64,000 bases of DNA from Eledone cirrhosa. Its lineage: Eukaryota. The notes below the pieces were generated by a model, which worked only from the letters and a program-made list of their open reading frames with translations, had not been told where the DNA came from and made no database searches. Both the position numbers and the translations under genes were made by a program. The stretch lies in NCBI GenBank assembly GCA_964016885.1, contig OZ024742.1, positions 57,660,001 to 57,724,000 on the forward strand, in the 5' to 3' direction. This document shows positions 24,545 to 39,600 of the stretch, piece by piece (position 1 is the first letter of the stretch; the number at the start of each line of letters is the position of its first letter).

Positions 24545-25252
24545 GTGTAGAAGATATAACAACTTCCCTAGTATTGGTGCAATGATAAAATGCACATCGT
24601 TGAGCATAGGATCTCATGTTGGGCTCTGCCCCCACCTGGAGGTCAGAGTCTCTACCTGAGCACTGATCAGTTTGTGCTAGCAAGGAAAACAGACGTTAGG
24701 AGATGATGAGAAGTGCAAGTGAGAGGTGTGAAACCAAAGTAAAACAATAACAATAAAAAGTATATAAAATAAAGTTTATTTATATTCATATTACATGAAC
24801 TGGGAGGGACAGAAGCTTCTTTTCCTCCTTTTTATTGTGGTGCTCTAATATAATTAGTCTAATGAGTAAAAAATAAATACAAAATTAAGAGTAAAAGAAT
24901 AACATGACTAATTTGAAAATGTGTCACAAAAGCAGAAAATAACTGTAATAACAGTCAATCCCTATAAATAATAGTTGAGAAAATGGAGAGAGGCACCTTC
25001 AAGAAATTGAACCCCATATCTTTCAAGTACCTTGATTTCTTTTAGATGCTTCTGTCCACTTTTTTCCATCTCTCAGAGTATTTTCCCTGATTTTTTCAAC
25101 ACATATTTTTTATTTATAGTGATTGACTGTTATTACAGCAATTTTATGCATTTTTATGCATATTTTCAAATTTCAAATTCTTCCAATGATCCACAAATCA
25201 TAATTTTTTTTTTACAATATAATTATTATTAAAAAAATAAAACTCTGGCCCA

Positions 25253-25258
25253 TTTATT
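25253..25258 (-). terminator. Putative CTC1 polyadenylation signal AATAAA
   Basis: About 38 nt after the stop, followed by a T-rich tract. Confidence 0.5.
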
Positions 25259-25295
25259 CTGGGTAGCTACAAGTAAAATTAGTCAGTGAATCACA

Positions 25296-25450
25296 TCACT
25301 TAACAACAGGGTAGAGTAACTCGGTCACCTTGGTGCTGATATCAAATGGTGGTGCTGTAGAAACTGATTGTATAGTTATGTTTTGATATGGGATACACTG
25401 GGTGGTGATTATCCCATTACCAAATCCAATTCTTCGTTCTTGATAAACAT
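25296..25450 (-). CDS. CTC1: CTC1 last exon
   Basis: 155 nt, VYQERRIGFGNGIITTQCIPYQNITIQSV..YPVVK-TGA. Confidence 0.88.
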
Positions 25451-28400
25451 CTGCAGCAGAACAACAGAATCAAACAAAACAGAAATAAATTAATGAATGA
25501 AACTAAAAAATGTGTTTGTCTGTCGGGCAGATGAACTAAGGCAGTTAGTAGTAAGAGTCCCAATGAAATAAACTCTTTCCAAACCACAAAAACACCATAG
25601 TAACAGTTGGTAACTTCTGTTACCTAGGTGACCTAATTAGCAGTGGATGAGAGTACTTTGAAAGCATAGTAGCCAGATTAAGAACAGAGGAAAAAGTTCA
25701 GGAAGCTATTACCTCTGCAGGCAACAAAAGTAATTTCTCTCTGAATGAAGAGAAGTATATGATACCTGTTAGCAAAATGCAATGTACCATAAAATTGAGA
25801 CAAGAGTAATGTGGACACTGGGAAAAGATTGGAAAGAAATGAAGTTAGAATGCTCCGATGAATGTATAAGTTGATATTCATAAACAAAGAAGCACAGATG
25901 AGCTGAAGGAGAACTGGACATAAGAAGAATTAGAGGTAGTGTGCTGGTATTGACATGTAATGTTTATGGATGATGGTTTCAGAGTGAAGAAATGCCAAGA
26001 GTTTCAAGTAGAAGACATATGAGGGAAGAGAAAGATTGAGGAAGACTTAAGTAGAAGTGTTGAGAGCTTATCTCAGGTTGTTAAAACTCACAGAAGAGAT
26101 AACAAAAGTTGTGCTAGGGATGACTGGGCTAAATCATTCAAGCATGGAAAAGCATAAACATACCAGACAATGCTTAAAATATATTTAATACAAAAAAATA
26201 TGGCCAATTACCTTTATAGTCAGTCATTCTTTTCACTAGAACCATCCACCAGTGTTTCTTAACAAGAGAGCTTGAACAAAGGAAGTTAAAAAACTGTCCT
26301 AAATGAGAGTTATCATTCAATTCAAACAAAACCTGGTCTCCATTGAAATTCTATAAAACAAATTTAATAAGTGGTGAATATTAACATAAATTATCATCAT
26401 CATCAATATTATTTATCAAACTAACAAATGTTATTCACAGTTGTATAAATAACATTACAAATGCTTAAATAATATAAATTGCTCACAATTCATTCAGAAG
26501 GACATTACATTAAAGTACCAGTAATACACTGGGTTATTGCTGACCTTGTGCCTAACGTAGAAACAATTATGAATGGCAAGAGCATTTTCTATTTTTAACC
26601 AAATTCAACTGAATCTTGACTTGTTAAACAACACTCCAACCTTCACCACCACACCGTCATAAAGAACATATATATAGGAAGAAATTTTGCCAGAAAATTC
26701 ACATATATTGAAACTGCTCACAGAATACATGAAAAAACATTTTTTAGATATTTAATATTTGATAAGATTGTTATACCAATCGAAACTGGATATATATAAT
26801 GCAACAATTATAAACTTATTCATTCTGTAGGACTAAAGAAAAAATAATCTCTAAATATACTTCTGTGCATTTTCACCTTTACTTTTTAACTATATATATA
26901 ACTCATAAGAAAGCCTCTATGGAGTCACCCCCTCTCACCTTGCTATAATAATAGCAAAATCTCCACTCAAATCATAACATATTAAATAATGTGACTCTAG
27001 ATACATTATGTCAGGGTAAAAAAAAATGGCCACAGCTGGAACATTCCCCTTTGATATGTCTCTTGAGTCAAGACTAACCTGGAGCAACAACAACAGTAAC
27101 CAACAGCAATGACATCAACAAGAACAGCAACAACAACAATAGTAACAACATCAGTAACAACAACAGCAAAAACATCAACAAACCTTTGATTGCAGGAAGA
27201 GATTACCATTACAACTGTGGACGGCATGAATGATATCATTCCATTGTTTTAAAGATAGGTTAAGTATTTTCTGAAGTATGTCACTGTCCCATACATATCC
27301 ATACACTACACAACTGCCATCATCTAACAAAAATCTGAAATATATTTCAAAGAAAATTCAAAATTGAAAAAACTGTTTGTCCAAAATGTAGGCGAGATTT
27401 TTTTTTTCTTTAACACTTAACATCCTATAATGATTTAGCAGAAAATACCTAAAAATGGCTTAGTTAATTCAAATGTTTATTTAGTCTTTTTACTAGTGTT
27501 GGTTCCACAATAAAATGCATCCAGTACACTCTGTAAAGTGGTTCATGATAGGTAGGGCTCCAGCGACAGAAAATTTGCCAAATAAAAAGTAGAAAGGACT
27601 CTGCAGTTGTACTTAAGACAAAAGAACCTCTACAGTATTAGTGATCTACAACAAATGCACCCAGTATTCTCTGTAAAGTGCAGAAAAGTTTGCAAATGAG
27701 CCCATGCAAACATGGAAAAGCAGAATAAAAACAATGGTGATGATGCAGTCTCCGGCCTATCTGAGAAGTTGGTAGCTCTGGTTAAGTACTGACTTGGTCC
27801 ATGATGACATGTTCAATCCTTGCTAGTAGGGAAAACAAACATTAAATGATGATGATGATTGCATAATGTAATACAAGACAAGATGGTCATGGCTAGAACA
27901 CCTTCTGGGTCAAGGTTGAGCTGTGACTAAACTATGAGAAGTTGAAGAGATAACACAAAAGATACTTACTTTGATTTAACAGTTAACTCATATGCATTAT
28001 TTCTGCAACTGGAGTTGGTACATTGATTTTTGCAACTAATGCTACCACATGCTATGCATGTTGTCTTAATAGACAAATCCAAAACCTGCGCTAAAAATAC
28101 CATATTCCAAAATGGATGTGAACATTTGGGATTTCTCAGTAAAGTAGCAAATGCACAGTAGTCTTGTACCAGGGTAGCTTTGTCATATTTCAGCGAATCC
28201 TTTTCATTGAACGAGCTGGAGTTTTAAGAAGAAAATAACATCAAATATATCATATCAGTTAATAACTTTGTTTTAATAGATTATTCAACTGAGTGAGAAA
28301 AGTTTCCATGACTTTTTACAAAGTGTCTGACAGTGGTGGACGGAAGGGAAGAAGTTATTTGTAGACTGAACATCTCGCTCAAATGCTTGCAACTCCTCTA

Positions 28401-31400
28401 AAGACCCTCAAGGGCCAGATAGTGTTGTTAAACTGGGCAACAGTATAAGTCTACCACCCAAGAACAGGAACAGTAACTTTATCAGGTTTCCATATAGTCT
28501 ACATCTACTAAATTTATATTGTATATATATACAATTTCCCTTACTCTCTCTCTATTTATCTCTAACTACTTATATTCATGCACATCTGATATGCAATATA
28601 TTAGTAGCTTCACCACTATTACAACTAGCAACAGAAACAACAACAGCAACATAAAAATTAAACTTACCCTCCTGAGAGAAAATATGAACTGCCAGAAATA
28701 CCACAAGCCAACACCTGCACTGTTGATATGGCAATTAACTGACAATAGACATTGCCTTTCTTAGAAACTTTTCTTTGAAGGAGGTCAAATTGTACAACAG
28801 CACCGGGTAACAAACCAAGGTGATAAGAAACATTCTTGAAATTTAAATAGATGTTAACATCACAATTTGTTAAAACATCCTTCACAGTTATCTTGAATTT
28901 CTTATTTACAAAACTGGAAAAATCTGAAAGGAAATTTTGAAATATCTATATATATAAAACTGAGGATGTCTGTCTGTGTGTGTCTGTGAGTTTGAATCCC
29001 TAAAACTCGAGAAGTACCCAACCTATTTTTTCAAACTTTACATGTGTATTACTTATGTTTCAGGGAGTGTTATGTACATACAAAAATTCAACTTTTTGAT
29101 CCCCTAGAGTCAGCATTAGGTGAAAAACTGCGTTTTTTTCAGCTTTTTAGGGGGTTTTTGAGGTGTTATGTCAGACCGATTACCTTGAAACTGTAACTAT
29201 GTATTAGTCAGTCTCTTCTTCATACCGTAAGCAAAGAAAATCCAACTTTTTTAATGGCCTAGGTGAAAAACTTTTTTTCAGCTTTTTAGGGCTTTTCCCG
29301 AAATTTCAAGGCATATTATGCACATAAAAAAAATCCATTTTCTTGATCCCCTAGGACCCACATTAGGTGAAAACCTGCATTTTTCCTGCTTCATCGAGGA
29401 AAATTTTAAAGATTATCCAGCCATCAGAGTATTCGGTTTATTTTCTTTACATATTGTCCAGGCATGCAGTTTTTTCACGATTAGGTCTGTTGATGGCCCG
29501 TGTTCCAAAATACCTTATCCCGTGCAACGCTGGGTACCACTGCTAGTTGAACATATAACAATCACATATAGTTTATACAGTGTTGTTATAAACGTTTTGG
29601 AGATGTGATTCTGGGAAGTGACTTGATCTGTGACCCACATGTGTTAAAATTATAATAATTGTTTCTACTTTTGGCACTCGGCCAGCAATTATCTCAGTGT
29701 ATTACTGGTGCTTTATTTTATCGACTCTGTAAGGATGAATGGCAAAGTTAACTTCGGCAGAATTTGAACTCAGACCATAAAGGGCTGTAACTCTTTGCTG
29801 CAAAGCATGGCATCCGAACTTCTACCGATACTGCCAATCTAACACCCTTGAAATTATAATAATGACATCATGGAAGAGTCATATTAGCCACTTGTATGGC
29901 TAGTGTCTTTATCCAGTGTGTTGAAATCAAAATAATTACTAGTGGTGGTGGTAGTAGTGATCATCATTAACATCATCATCATGACAATGATGATAGTGAT
30001 GATGATAACACTGATACTGCTCGTGGTGGTGATGGTGATGATACTGATGAGTCGTTAAACATATTGCTAGCGGGAATGGTAATATTGATTGTAATGAGGA
30101 TGAGGATGAGGATAATACTCTTCATGATGATGATGATGATAGTGATGGTGATGATGGAAGAGGGGTAAAAGGGTGAAGGAGAAAAAGGATAAAATCTTGG
30201 AGAAGGAAGATGCAACAAAAGAAATGTGGAAACATAAAAAAATTACCAAGTGCCATTTTAGATTTCTCTTTATCGCATTGAACGTTCTCTAAACAGTTCC
30301 TTGAGAATTTGTCATCAGCATTCAATTCTACAAACATCATGATAACAACTGGCATCAAATTCACTATGGTATCAGTGATGCTGGAAAATGAAGGACAAAC
30401 AGTATTGTGAAATGAAATGAAAAATGAAATATTTACAGCTCACACCTATGTAGGTTTAGCTGGCCTCCTACAATGTTGTATCTTGCAGGTTTCTTGGGTG
30501 TTTTAATGACAGTGACCCCAGTCCTATCATGCTATTGTTACAGCTCACACTTACATAGGTTGCATCTCATCTCATACATGGAGCATGCACCTTTCCATTT
30601 AGTTTCAGCAACACCCCACTTCTCTTTAGCCTAGTTCCCAGAATTTTTTCTATATACATCTCACTCTAGATACTGTCATAGAATCTGATCCACTTTCTTC
30701 GTTCAACATGTCTCCAAGGTAACAAAATGTTTTCACACCTTCCACCTGCACATTATTCTCAGGATACAGTTCAACATCCTCGCCATTTGTAGCTCCCTCC
30801 ATACAGACTTTACACTTAAATGTAGTTGCCACATTATTTAATTATCCTTTCATATCCCTACATTTTCAATGTTTCCACCCAGTGCATATTGAACATTTAA
30901 AGGAGTTCACTTCAACACCTTTCTTACACACTTCCAAAAGATTTCATTAATTAATTGAAATAGAGTGCATTTCATTGGAAATACATGGCCATGAAAGTAT
31001 TAAAAGGTAAATACACATTGGATAATGTAGTTCTAGATACACTAATACTGAATAATTGATAGGATGGTCTTGAGTGGAACATGTTTGATTTGACACTAGA
31101 TTTTGTGGATCAGGGTTGATCTATGGAATGCTAACCAACAACATTTAACACTAAATATAGAGGATCAAAGCTGATCTATGGACTACTAACCAACAACAGT
31201 TGACACTAGATTTGGAGGATCAAGGTTGATCTGTGAACTGCTAACCAACAACATTTGACACTAGATTTGGTGGATCAGGGCTGATCTGTGGGCTGCTAAC
31301 CAATAATAATATAAACAGAAGGCTCACCCACAGTCAAGGAGATCTGATACAGTGTAGCGTTGAGTTTTCTTATTGGAATCAAACTGAAGAGAAGGATTCT

Positions 31401-33597
31401 TCAGTAGATTTGGTAGCCACTGAAGCTGAAATAGAAAAATATATATACATATAACATATAATAAAGCACCCGGTCCACCTTGTAAAAAGCAGCCAGTCTA
31501 CCTTGTAAGATGGTTATGTGAGAGTCACCATAAGATGGTTGGCGTTAGGAAGGACATCTAGACATAAACCAAGTCAAAAACAGAACATATGAGAAGTTTA
31601 ATCTCAGTTCATGACAACCTGACTAACCCATGCAACCATGAAAAATCGATATTACATGGTGATGATGATATTGTCATCTTCGTCATCATTTAAGATGTTT
31701 TCCCTACTAGAAATATATATATTATCATCATTATTATTACTTCAACCCTTCCATGCTGGCATGGATTGAACAGGACTTTTTGAGGTAATGTTTTACAGTC
31801 AGATGCTCTTCGTTGGTTGTCATGTTATGACACAAGTCAGGTCAGGAGACCATGTCTTGGCTTGGTTTCTACAGCTGGATGCCCTTCCTAACACCAACTA
31901 CATTACAGTGTGGACTGGGTGCTTTTATTTGTGGCATCAAAACAACCATCTAACAGGGTAAACTTGGTAGATTTTGTCATGTCACCAGTACGACAACCCT
32001 TACAGGATGGACCGAGTACTTTTTTCTCATATCACCAACACGACAACCCTACAGGGTGGACCAGGTACTTTTCTTGTGTGACCAGCATGACTGCTATACA
32101 GGGTGGACTGGGAGCCTCTTTTCATGTCATCAGCACAACCACTTTACAGGATAGACTGGATGCTTTTGTTGTGGCACCTGACCACCATACAGGGTGGACA
32201 AAGTGCTTCATGGCAGTAATATTATGGGGTGGGGAGCAGGTTTGGAGCATGTCCAGCTTTCCATGCTTGTATGCAGGGGTTGAACAGGACAAGAGAAGAA
32301 ACTCAGGAGTATGGAAGGTGGGGAGAGGAAAGTGTAGGCAAACTAGTTATGGATGAGATGAGTAGGATATCTAGTTGGTGAGGACAGAGTATTAAGACTG
32401 AGAAAGGCAAATGGGGGGAAAGGGTAGGGAGATGATTGGAGCAGGCTAGTGCCCACTACATGTTTGTTTCATCCTGAGCACATGGGCAGGTCCTCTGCAT
32501 ACAATGCCCAGGTCACAGAATCGCTGTTCTTACATTTGAGGAGAAAAACCCTTTGTTGTTAGCAGACATCACTGGATCCCTCTTTCTACTTGACTTTACA
32601 CTAAGAGTTACAGAGGAGGGATCCATATACACCAAATTTTACAGGAAGGATGCCTGCTGAGACATTTTCATACACCATAACTCCACTCTCCCCTACATAG
32701 CTAAAATGGCTTATATATAGAATGAGATATCTCAGATAGGCAACTGATGCAGCAAGCGTAGTGACAGACATACCAGCACGGTGGAATTCTAAATAGTTCT
32801 CACCAAACACCAATATGCCAAGACAGTAGCACATAAAAGAACAAGGAGGACATGTACTCCTAAAGATAACATTTGCTACCTAAAGCTGCCACATTTCAAT
32901 GAGAAGACTACAGCTGCCATCAGACAAGCCATTCACAGGGAGGGACTGAATATACGACTGGCATATTCGGGACCCTCTTTGAGGAGACTGCTTCACAGAC
33001 ACCAACCCACATACAGCGATATATACACACTTCCTAATTGTCCCATTAACAATGCAGAAGTGTGCATGAAAGCATATGTGGTCTAGAAGATCACATGCAA
33101 AAATGCAGCTCCTAATACATCAGAAGTACCAGAAGGAGACTACACATACAGATCAAGGAACACTTAACAATGAGAGCCTCTTCTATCACAAAACAGCTTG
33201 ACAGATGCCGCAACCAAGACCTTGAGGTCACCATAGAGGCAACTGAAAGGAATATGAGAAATTTAAGAATTAAGGAAGCCATTTTAATTAGCTGATTGAA
33301 CCAGAAATAAATAATAGGTCAGAACGGCACGAGGCAGAATGGTTACTATAGCAATCCTGTTCATGCGCATACATTTTTCCAACAGAAGAAAGCTCAAATC
33401 GTTCATTTGACTGTTTCAGCTCCACATCTGCAAAGAGAGTAGTAAAGAAGGTAATAGCCCTGAAATATGATGCTATAATACTCAGGGTAAAGCATTACTT
33501 TACTTCGTTTTGTTTTATTTCATTTACCATAATTTGCTCTTTGCATTTTCTACCACATTGTACCGGTAAATGAGTACTAAAAAACTTAGTAGTCATT

Positions 33598-33640
<43 letters not shown>

Positions 33641-36600
33641 CAAAGAGATATTTAATTTGTTGATTATTCAACAAATTTATATTTATAACAGATTCGAAGC
33701 ACTCTACAGATTTTCTGGAGTATAATATCAATGATATATATATACTTTACATAGCATTAAAGTCTTTAGAATAGTAGGCTGTGTGCCATATATAGCAGTA
33801 AATGTAGTTAATGTTAGTTGAAATTTGAACTTTATGTACATGTGTGATATTCTGTATGAATGCTGTATTTTGTTACAGGCCCATGCATAATTATTTTGTT
33901 GTCATTCTTGTGAGTTTATAATACATGCATCGAATGGATTTAAGTCAAGAAAATTTTCATTGAATGGAAACGAGGCAATTCAGCAACAAATATTATTGAC
34001 AATTGAAGGAGAGTGGAATTAACAACATTTCAGCAAATTCAACCATTTATCATTGGGTGAAATAATTCAAAGATGACAGTAAATCATAACTTATTGATGC
34101 TCCTTGTTCTAGCCGTCCTTTCATAACCACTATTCATGCCAACATTCAACTCATTCAAAGTATTATTGATGCAGAACCAAAACAATCATTGTGTTACATT
34201 GCACATGTTACTGGAATAAACAAAGAAAATTTGTTTTCGCTTCATCAGAAGTGGTGGATAAATTGTTGCACTGATTTCGACAATTGCCGAAACAACGGTT
34301 CCAGAAAGAGTTAAATGCTTTGCATAAGCACTTTAAGGATGTTATTGCATTCAATGGAGATTATGTTTTGCACGATAAATAAATTTTAATTTCAATGTTT
34401 TACATTTTCATTTAAAGGGTTATTCTAAGGAATTTATTGCCATGCCAAGTATATATATATATATATATATATAAGTCCCAGGTTCAATCGAGGGTAGAGT
34501 GTAAACAACAAATTTGATATAGAAATGGCTTCTACAGGACTAGAACTGTTTCATTCATATGTATGGCTGAAGCTATAAATATAGCAGTAGCTATAAAAGA
34601 AAAAACAATTCCATCAGAAAAGATGAAGATAAAAAGAGAAGAAAATGAAGAATCCAACCAACCTTAGCATCATAAAGAGAATCAAGATGTATAAGAGGAA
34701 TTTCCTGTACCAAAATATTCTTTGAGAGGCAAACATAGAGTTTTGACATGCTGTTTTGAACCTGTGGAAACTCAGATTTGAATACTGTAGATGTTGTGGA
34801 TGTGGAATTAGTTTCATATGAGATCAACAGATAACAGCTTCTTTCAGTCTGAAATAAACAGATAAATAAATTCTTAGACAGACAGGCAGGCAGATAGACA
34901 GACAGATGGATAGACAGGCAGACAGACAAATAGAAAGAGGGAAAGGGAGACAGACAGACGAATATCATCATCATCATTTTACGTCCGCTTTTCCCTGCTT
35001 GCAAGGGTGGGACGGGAACTGATTCTGGCTTGATTTCTACAGCTGGATGCCCTTCCTAACACCAACCTCATTTACAGTGGGTGCTTTTTTTCCGTGGCGC
35101 CTACACGTCCACTTTACAGTGTGGGCTGGGTGCTTTTTTGCCATGGCACCTCCACGACCACTTTGCAGTGGAATGATAGGGACTCCAGATGATGATGATC
35201 ATCATCATCATCACCATCATTTCGTAGCTCTTGATTAAACATAAATATTCTTATATATAAAGTATTGCTTATTTTAACATTCACTTCGGTTAGCGCCCAT
35301 TATATCATAAACACTCGTCACTTATATAAACGTTCATATATTTGCATCATTATATAAGGTTTATATTTCCGTCACTAATTTTCTCCTTTTTCATTTTCAT
35401 AACATTTTAGTTTATCATATATGCAGTTTATATATATCTTCTTTTTTTAATGTATCATGGATTACGTTACTGATTACATAAGACAGTGTAATGCAGTCTT
35501 CGTTCAATTTCTGTTTATATTGTCAATTACGATTTTATTTGATGTATCATATCTACATGTATATATACTTGCGTATAATATCAATATGCACACTACACAT
35601 GCTAGCAGAAAACCACCCAAAGGGTAATTTTCCTGCTAGTATATAATATATATATATATATGGTTTCCGTTACCTGGGTGACCAAATTAGCAGTGGAGGT
35701 GGGTGCTCTGAAGGTACTATAGCCAGAGAGAGAATGGGATGGAGAAAGGCCAGGGAGTTACTAGTGCTGCTAACTACAAAAGGTTTTTTCCTCAAAATGG
35801 AAGGCAGATTGTATTATGTGTGTATACGGACAGCAATGTTGCATGGCAGTGAGACCTGGGTGCTGTGTGCCGAGGTCCTACAAAGATTGGAAAGAAATGA
35901 AGCTTCGATGGATTTGTACTAGTAATATACATGAACAGCAAAGCATATATGAACTGAGAGAGAAACGGGGGGGGGGGATAAGAGGAGATTGCATTTGTAT
36001 GAACATGTGATGCATATGAAGGATGACAGCTGTATAAATAAGTGCAAGGCGCTCATAGTTGATGGAAGCAGTGGTGTAGGAAGACCTAGGAAGACTTTGC
36101 ATGATGTGATAAAAGTTGACCTTGCACAATTGAAGGCGTTGACACAGGATCGAGATCTCTGGCGTGATGCAATGATACAGAAGACTCTCCTTCCCATGTG
36201 CACAGGTTGAAGCATACATCTTGTATGCACTATCTTCTCATCCCTTTTCTACGTCCCTCCTTTTGCACCTCCCACACAGTAAAGTGGTTGTGTAGGTTGT
36301 CACAAAAAGCACCCAGTCCACACAGACCTGGCTTATCTCACAATGGGATATCTCGTCTAACCTATGCTAGCTTGGAAAAATGGACGTTAAATGGTGGTGA
36401 CGATGATGACGATAAATATATATATATATATATCATCGTTTTACCTTCCATTCTTCCACGCCAGCATGGGTTAGACGAGTTGTCCTATTATGGACAATGC
36501 TAGGTCAGGTGACCATGCTTTGCTTATACAGAACTGATTTTGGCTTGGTTTCTAGATGGATGCCCTTCATAACGCCAGTCTCATTTACAGTGAGTACTGG

Positions 36601-39600
36601 GTGCTTCTTGTCGTGATACCTCCATGACCACTTTACAGTGGACTGGGTGCTTATTGTCGTGGCACCTCACAACCACTTTACAGTGTGGGCTGGATCCTTT
36701 TCGTCGTCATACTTACACAACAAGATACATCTGTTCGAATCCTACGTCAGAAGCATCGACCCTGACTTCATCACAGTCACGGAAACATGGGCACATTCCT
36801 TACTCTGTGATGGGGTTTTCAGCATTACTGGGTACAACCTTTTCCGCAAGGACCGCATTAACCGCCGTGGTGGTGGTGTGATGGTCTACGTTCGTTCAAA
36901 CTTTTCGGTAATTCCTTGCGTTGATTTGAACGAATCACAGGAAGAAGTTTTTTTCTGTGACATACGTATGACCATGTCAACACTTCTGCTTGGTGTTGTT
37001 TATCGCCCCCCAAACTACCATCAGGACACACAGCTTTGCGATATCCTCAGAGTTGCTGCCAAGAAAACAGCCACTTATGTGTTTATTGCAGGTGACTTCA
37101 ATCATCCTGAGATCGATTGGGAAACCTTTCGTTGGCCACAAGGTGCAAACGATTTCCTTGAACTAGTGCTGGACTCAAACTGGTCACAAGTAGTCACCTC
37201 TCCAACAAGAGGTGACAACACTTTGGACCTGATCTTTACCACTACTCCTGAAGTGGTTATCAGTTGTACTACTGAGGAACCTCTAGGCGACTCTGATTAT
37301 GCTATGATCATTGCCAATCTGGCACTTGAGGGCAGCAACAAAAACTAGAGCCATCTTCAATCTGCTTGCTTTGATTGGAAGAGGGCGGATTGTAACTTGT
37401 ACTGCACTGAGCTGCAGCGCCCAAACTGGCATGAGATGTATAACTCTGGAGATGTGAACTCTATACTCCAGAGCATCCTGGACTCAATATGGATAGCGTG
37501 TGCAGCATCAGTGCCACGGAAGCAGAAAAATAACCACCCCAAAAGTGCAATCTGGGAAACTTCAGCGGTCCGACTTGCCAGGAAAGAACGTCGGAACGCT
37601 GAACGGGAATATAAACTGCATAAATCAGATGCCAACAGAAAAAAGCGGAATAAATCTTCTAACCATCTCAAGCAAGTGACAAAGAAGGCAGTGCTTGAAT
37701 TTGAACAGTGCATCGCAACCAATCCTGACAGTAAGGTGTTCTGGAAATATGTTCATTCAAAGCAGAGACCTCACTCTCCAGTTGGTCCTCTTCGCAATCC
37801 CCACACAAGCCAGATCACTGATGATCCCAAGGAATGCGCAGAACTCATTGCTGAGTGCTATGCAAGTATTTTTACTGTTGAAAACCAGAATGTACCATCT
37901 CCAACATCAAATTCCATAACAATTATGGAATTTACACCTGCAATGTTGCGACGTCACCTTAAGAATAAGCGCAACTATGCCTCCCCTGGTCTTGATGGTG
38001 TGACATACCTGCTTCTCAAACGTGGCGGGTATTTCCTTTTGCGCCAGCTTTCTTTCTTCTTTCAATACTGTCTCAACAATGGTGCTACTCCGGAGCAGTG
38101 GAAAACTGCCAGTGTCATTCCCCTGTTCAAAAAGGGCAACCGCATGTCACCTGTCAACTATCATCCAGTCAGTCTTACTAGCTGTATGGCCAAACTGATG
38201 GAATCCTGTGTCAGAGAAACACTTTGGAACTTCTGGAGCTCTCACAGCCTCATCCGGCCCTCACAGTTTGGATTTATCCCTAACTCCAGCTGCTGTGATC
38301 AGCTTATCGAGTTCCTTGAGGACATCACCCGGATCACTGACAGCGGCTCATGGGTGGATGTTGTTTACCTTGACTTTGCTAAGGCTTTTAATTCTGTGCC
38401 ACACAAAAGGCTTATGGCAAAACTCTCTGCAATGGGTGTGAGGGATGATCTTTTCAACTGGTTGAAATCCTTCATTATCAGCCGAAAAGAAGTAGTCACG
38501 GTTCTGGGTCAGCATTCTTCACCATATGAGATGTCATCTGGTGTACCACAGGGATCTGTTCTTGGTCCTCTTTTGTTTGTGGCATATGTTAATGACATAG
38601 ATGCCAACTTACAGAATGCCACGGTACTAAAATATGCAGATGACGTCAAGCTGTACCTTGAAATCAAAAGGACTGATCCTGAAATTTACAACTCTTTCCT
38701 ACAATCAGACCTGGACACAATGCAGCAATGGATCACAGACTGGCAACTGAAGCTGGCTGTGGACAAGTGTACCACCATGCATTTTGGAAGGAAAAATCCA
38801 GCGTCCACATACTCCCTCCACAACACTGATATCAAAAAGTCCTCTTGTGAACGTGACCTGGGCATTACTGTCAGCAACGATTTGCGCTGGACAAAGCATG
38901 TCTCTAAGATTGTCAAGAAGGCCGAGGGTGTCTTGGCATCACTCAGCAAGACCTTTGTTAGCCGCTCTCCAGCCATCTATTTAAAACTGTATACAGCTAT
39001 GGTGCGACCACACTTGGAATTCACATCATCAGTCTGGAACCCCTATCTTGCTCAGAACATTGACCTCCTGGAAACTGTTCAGAGGCGTGCAACCAAGCGC
39101 ATACCCTCCATCAGACACCTACCATACTCTGAACGCCTTGCTTCCCTGGGCATGGATTCATTGAAGCTCCGACGTCTGGCAATGGACTTGGTGAATACCC
39201 ACAAAGTTTTTAACCATCTCGCCAATTGCAACCCTGAGCGCCTCTTTGATCTCCATGTGTCTAACACACGTGGACATGCCTACAAGATCAGAAAACAGCA
39301 CCGCTCCCATGACTTTCGTAGACATTTTTTCACGCTCAGAGTTGCTAAAGTATGGAACAAACTGCCTGCGTCAGTTGTTAACTGCCGAGACACTGCATCC
39401 TTTAAGACACTCATGCTTCCCGAAATACGCCAAAACTACACCTGATGTACCCCTCCCATACACATGCACACGTGTATATCATGACTTGTGCACTGTTCAT
39501 TTTACTGATGTTTGTGCATTGCCCTATGTACTGTACATGCACTTTTTTTATGAGTTGTGGTGCACCTGGGCACTGTACACAATATTTCATTATTGTTATT

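Noticed and set aside
29979-30249. His/Ile/Ser-rich ORFs
   Set aside because: Translations of (GAT)n low-complexity intron sequence.
31088-31305. Regularly spaced repeats resembling a CRISPR array (also 45830-46345, 57478-57895)
   Set aside because: Whole units are repeated with no unique spacers; eukaryotic intronic context; no cas genes.
35602-35639. Short hairpin CTAGCAGAAAACCACCC-AAA-GGGTAATTTTCCTGCTAG
   Set aside because: Most likely a Helitron-type terminus relic; too short to support an ncRNA call.
36638-36715. Apparent N-terminus (MDWVLIVV...) of the CR1 ORF
   Set aside because: Derived from the host RTE 3'UTR repeat; the CR1 is 5'-truncated here.
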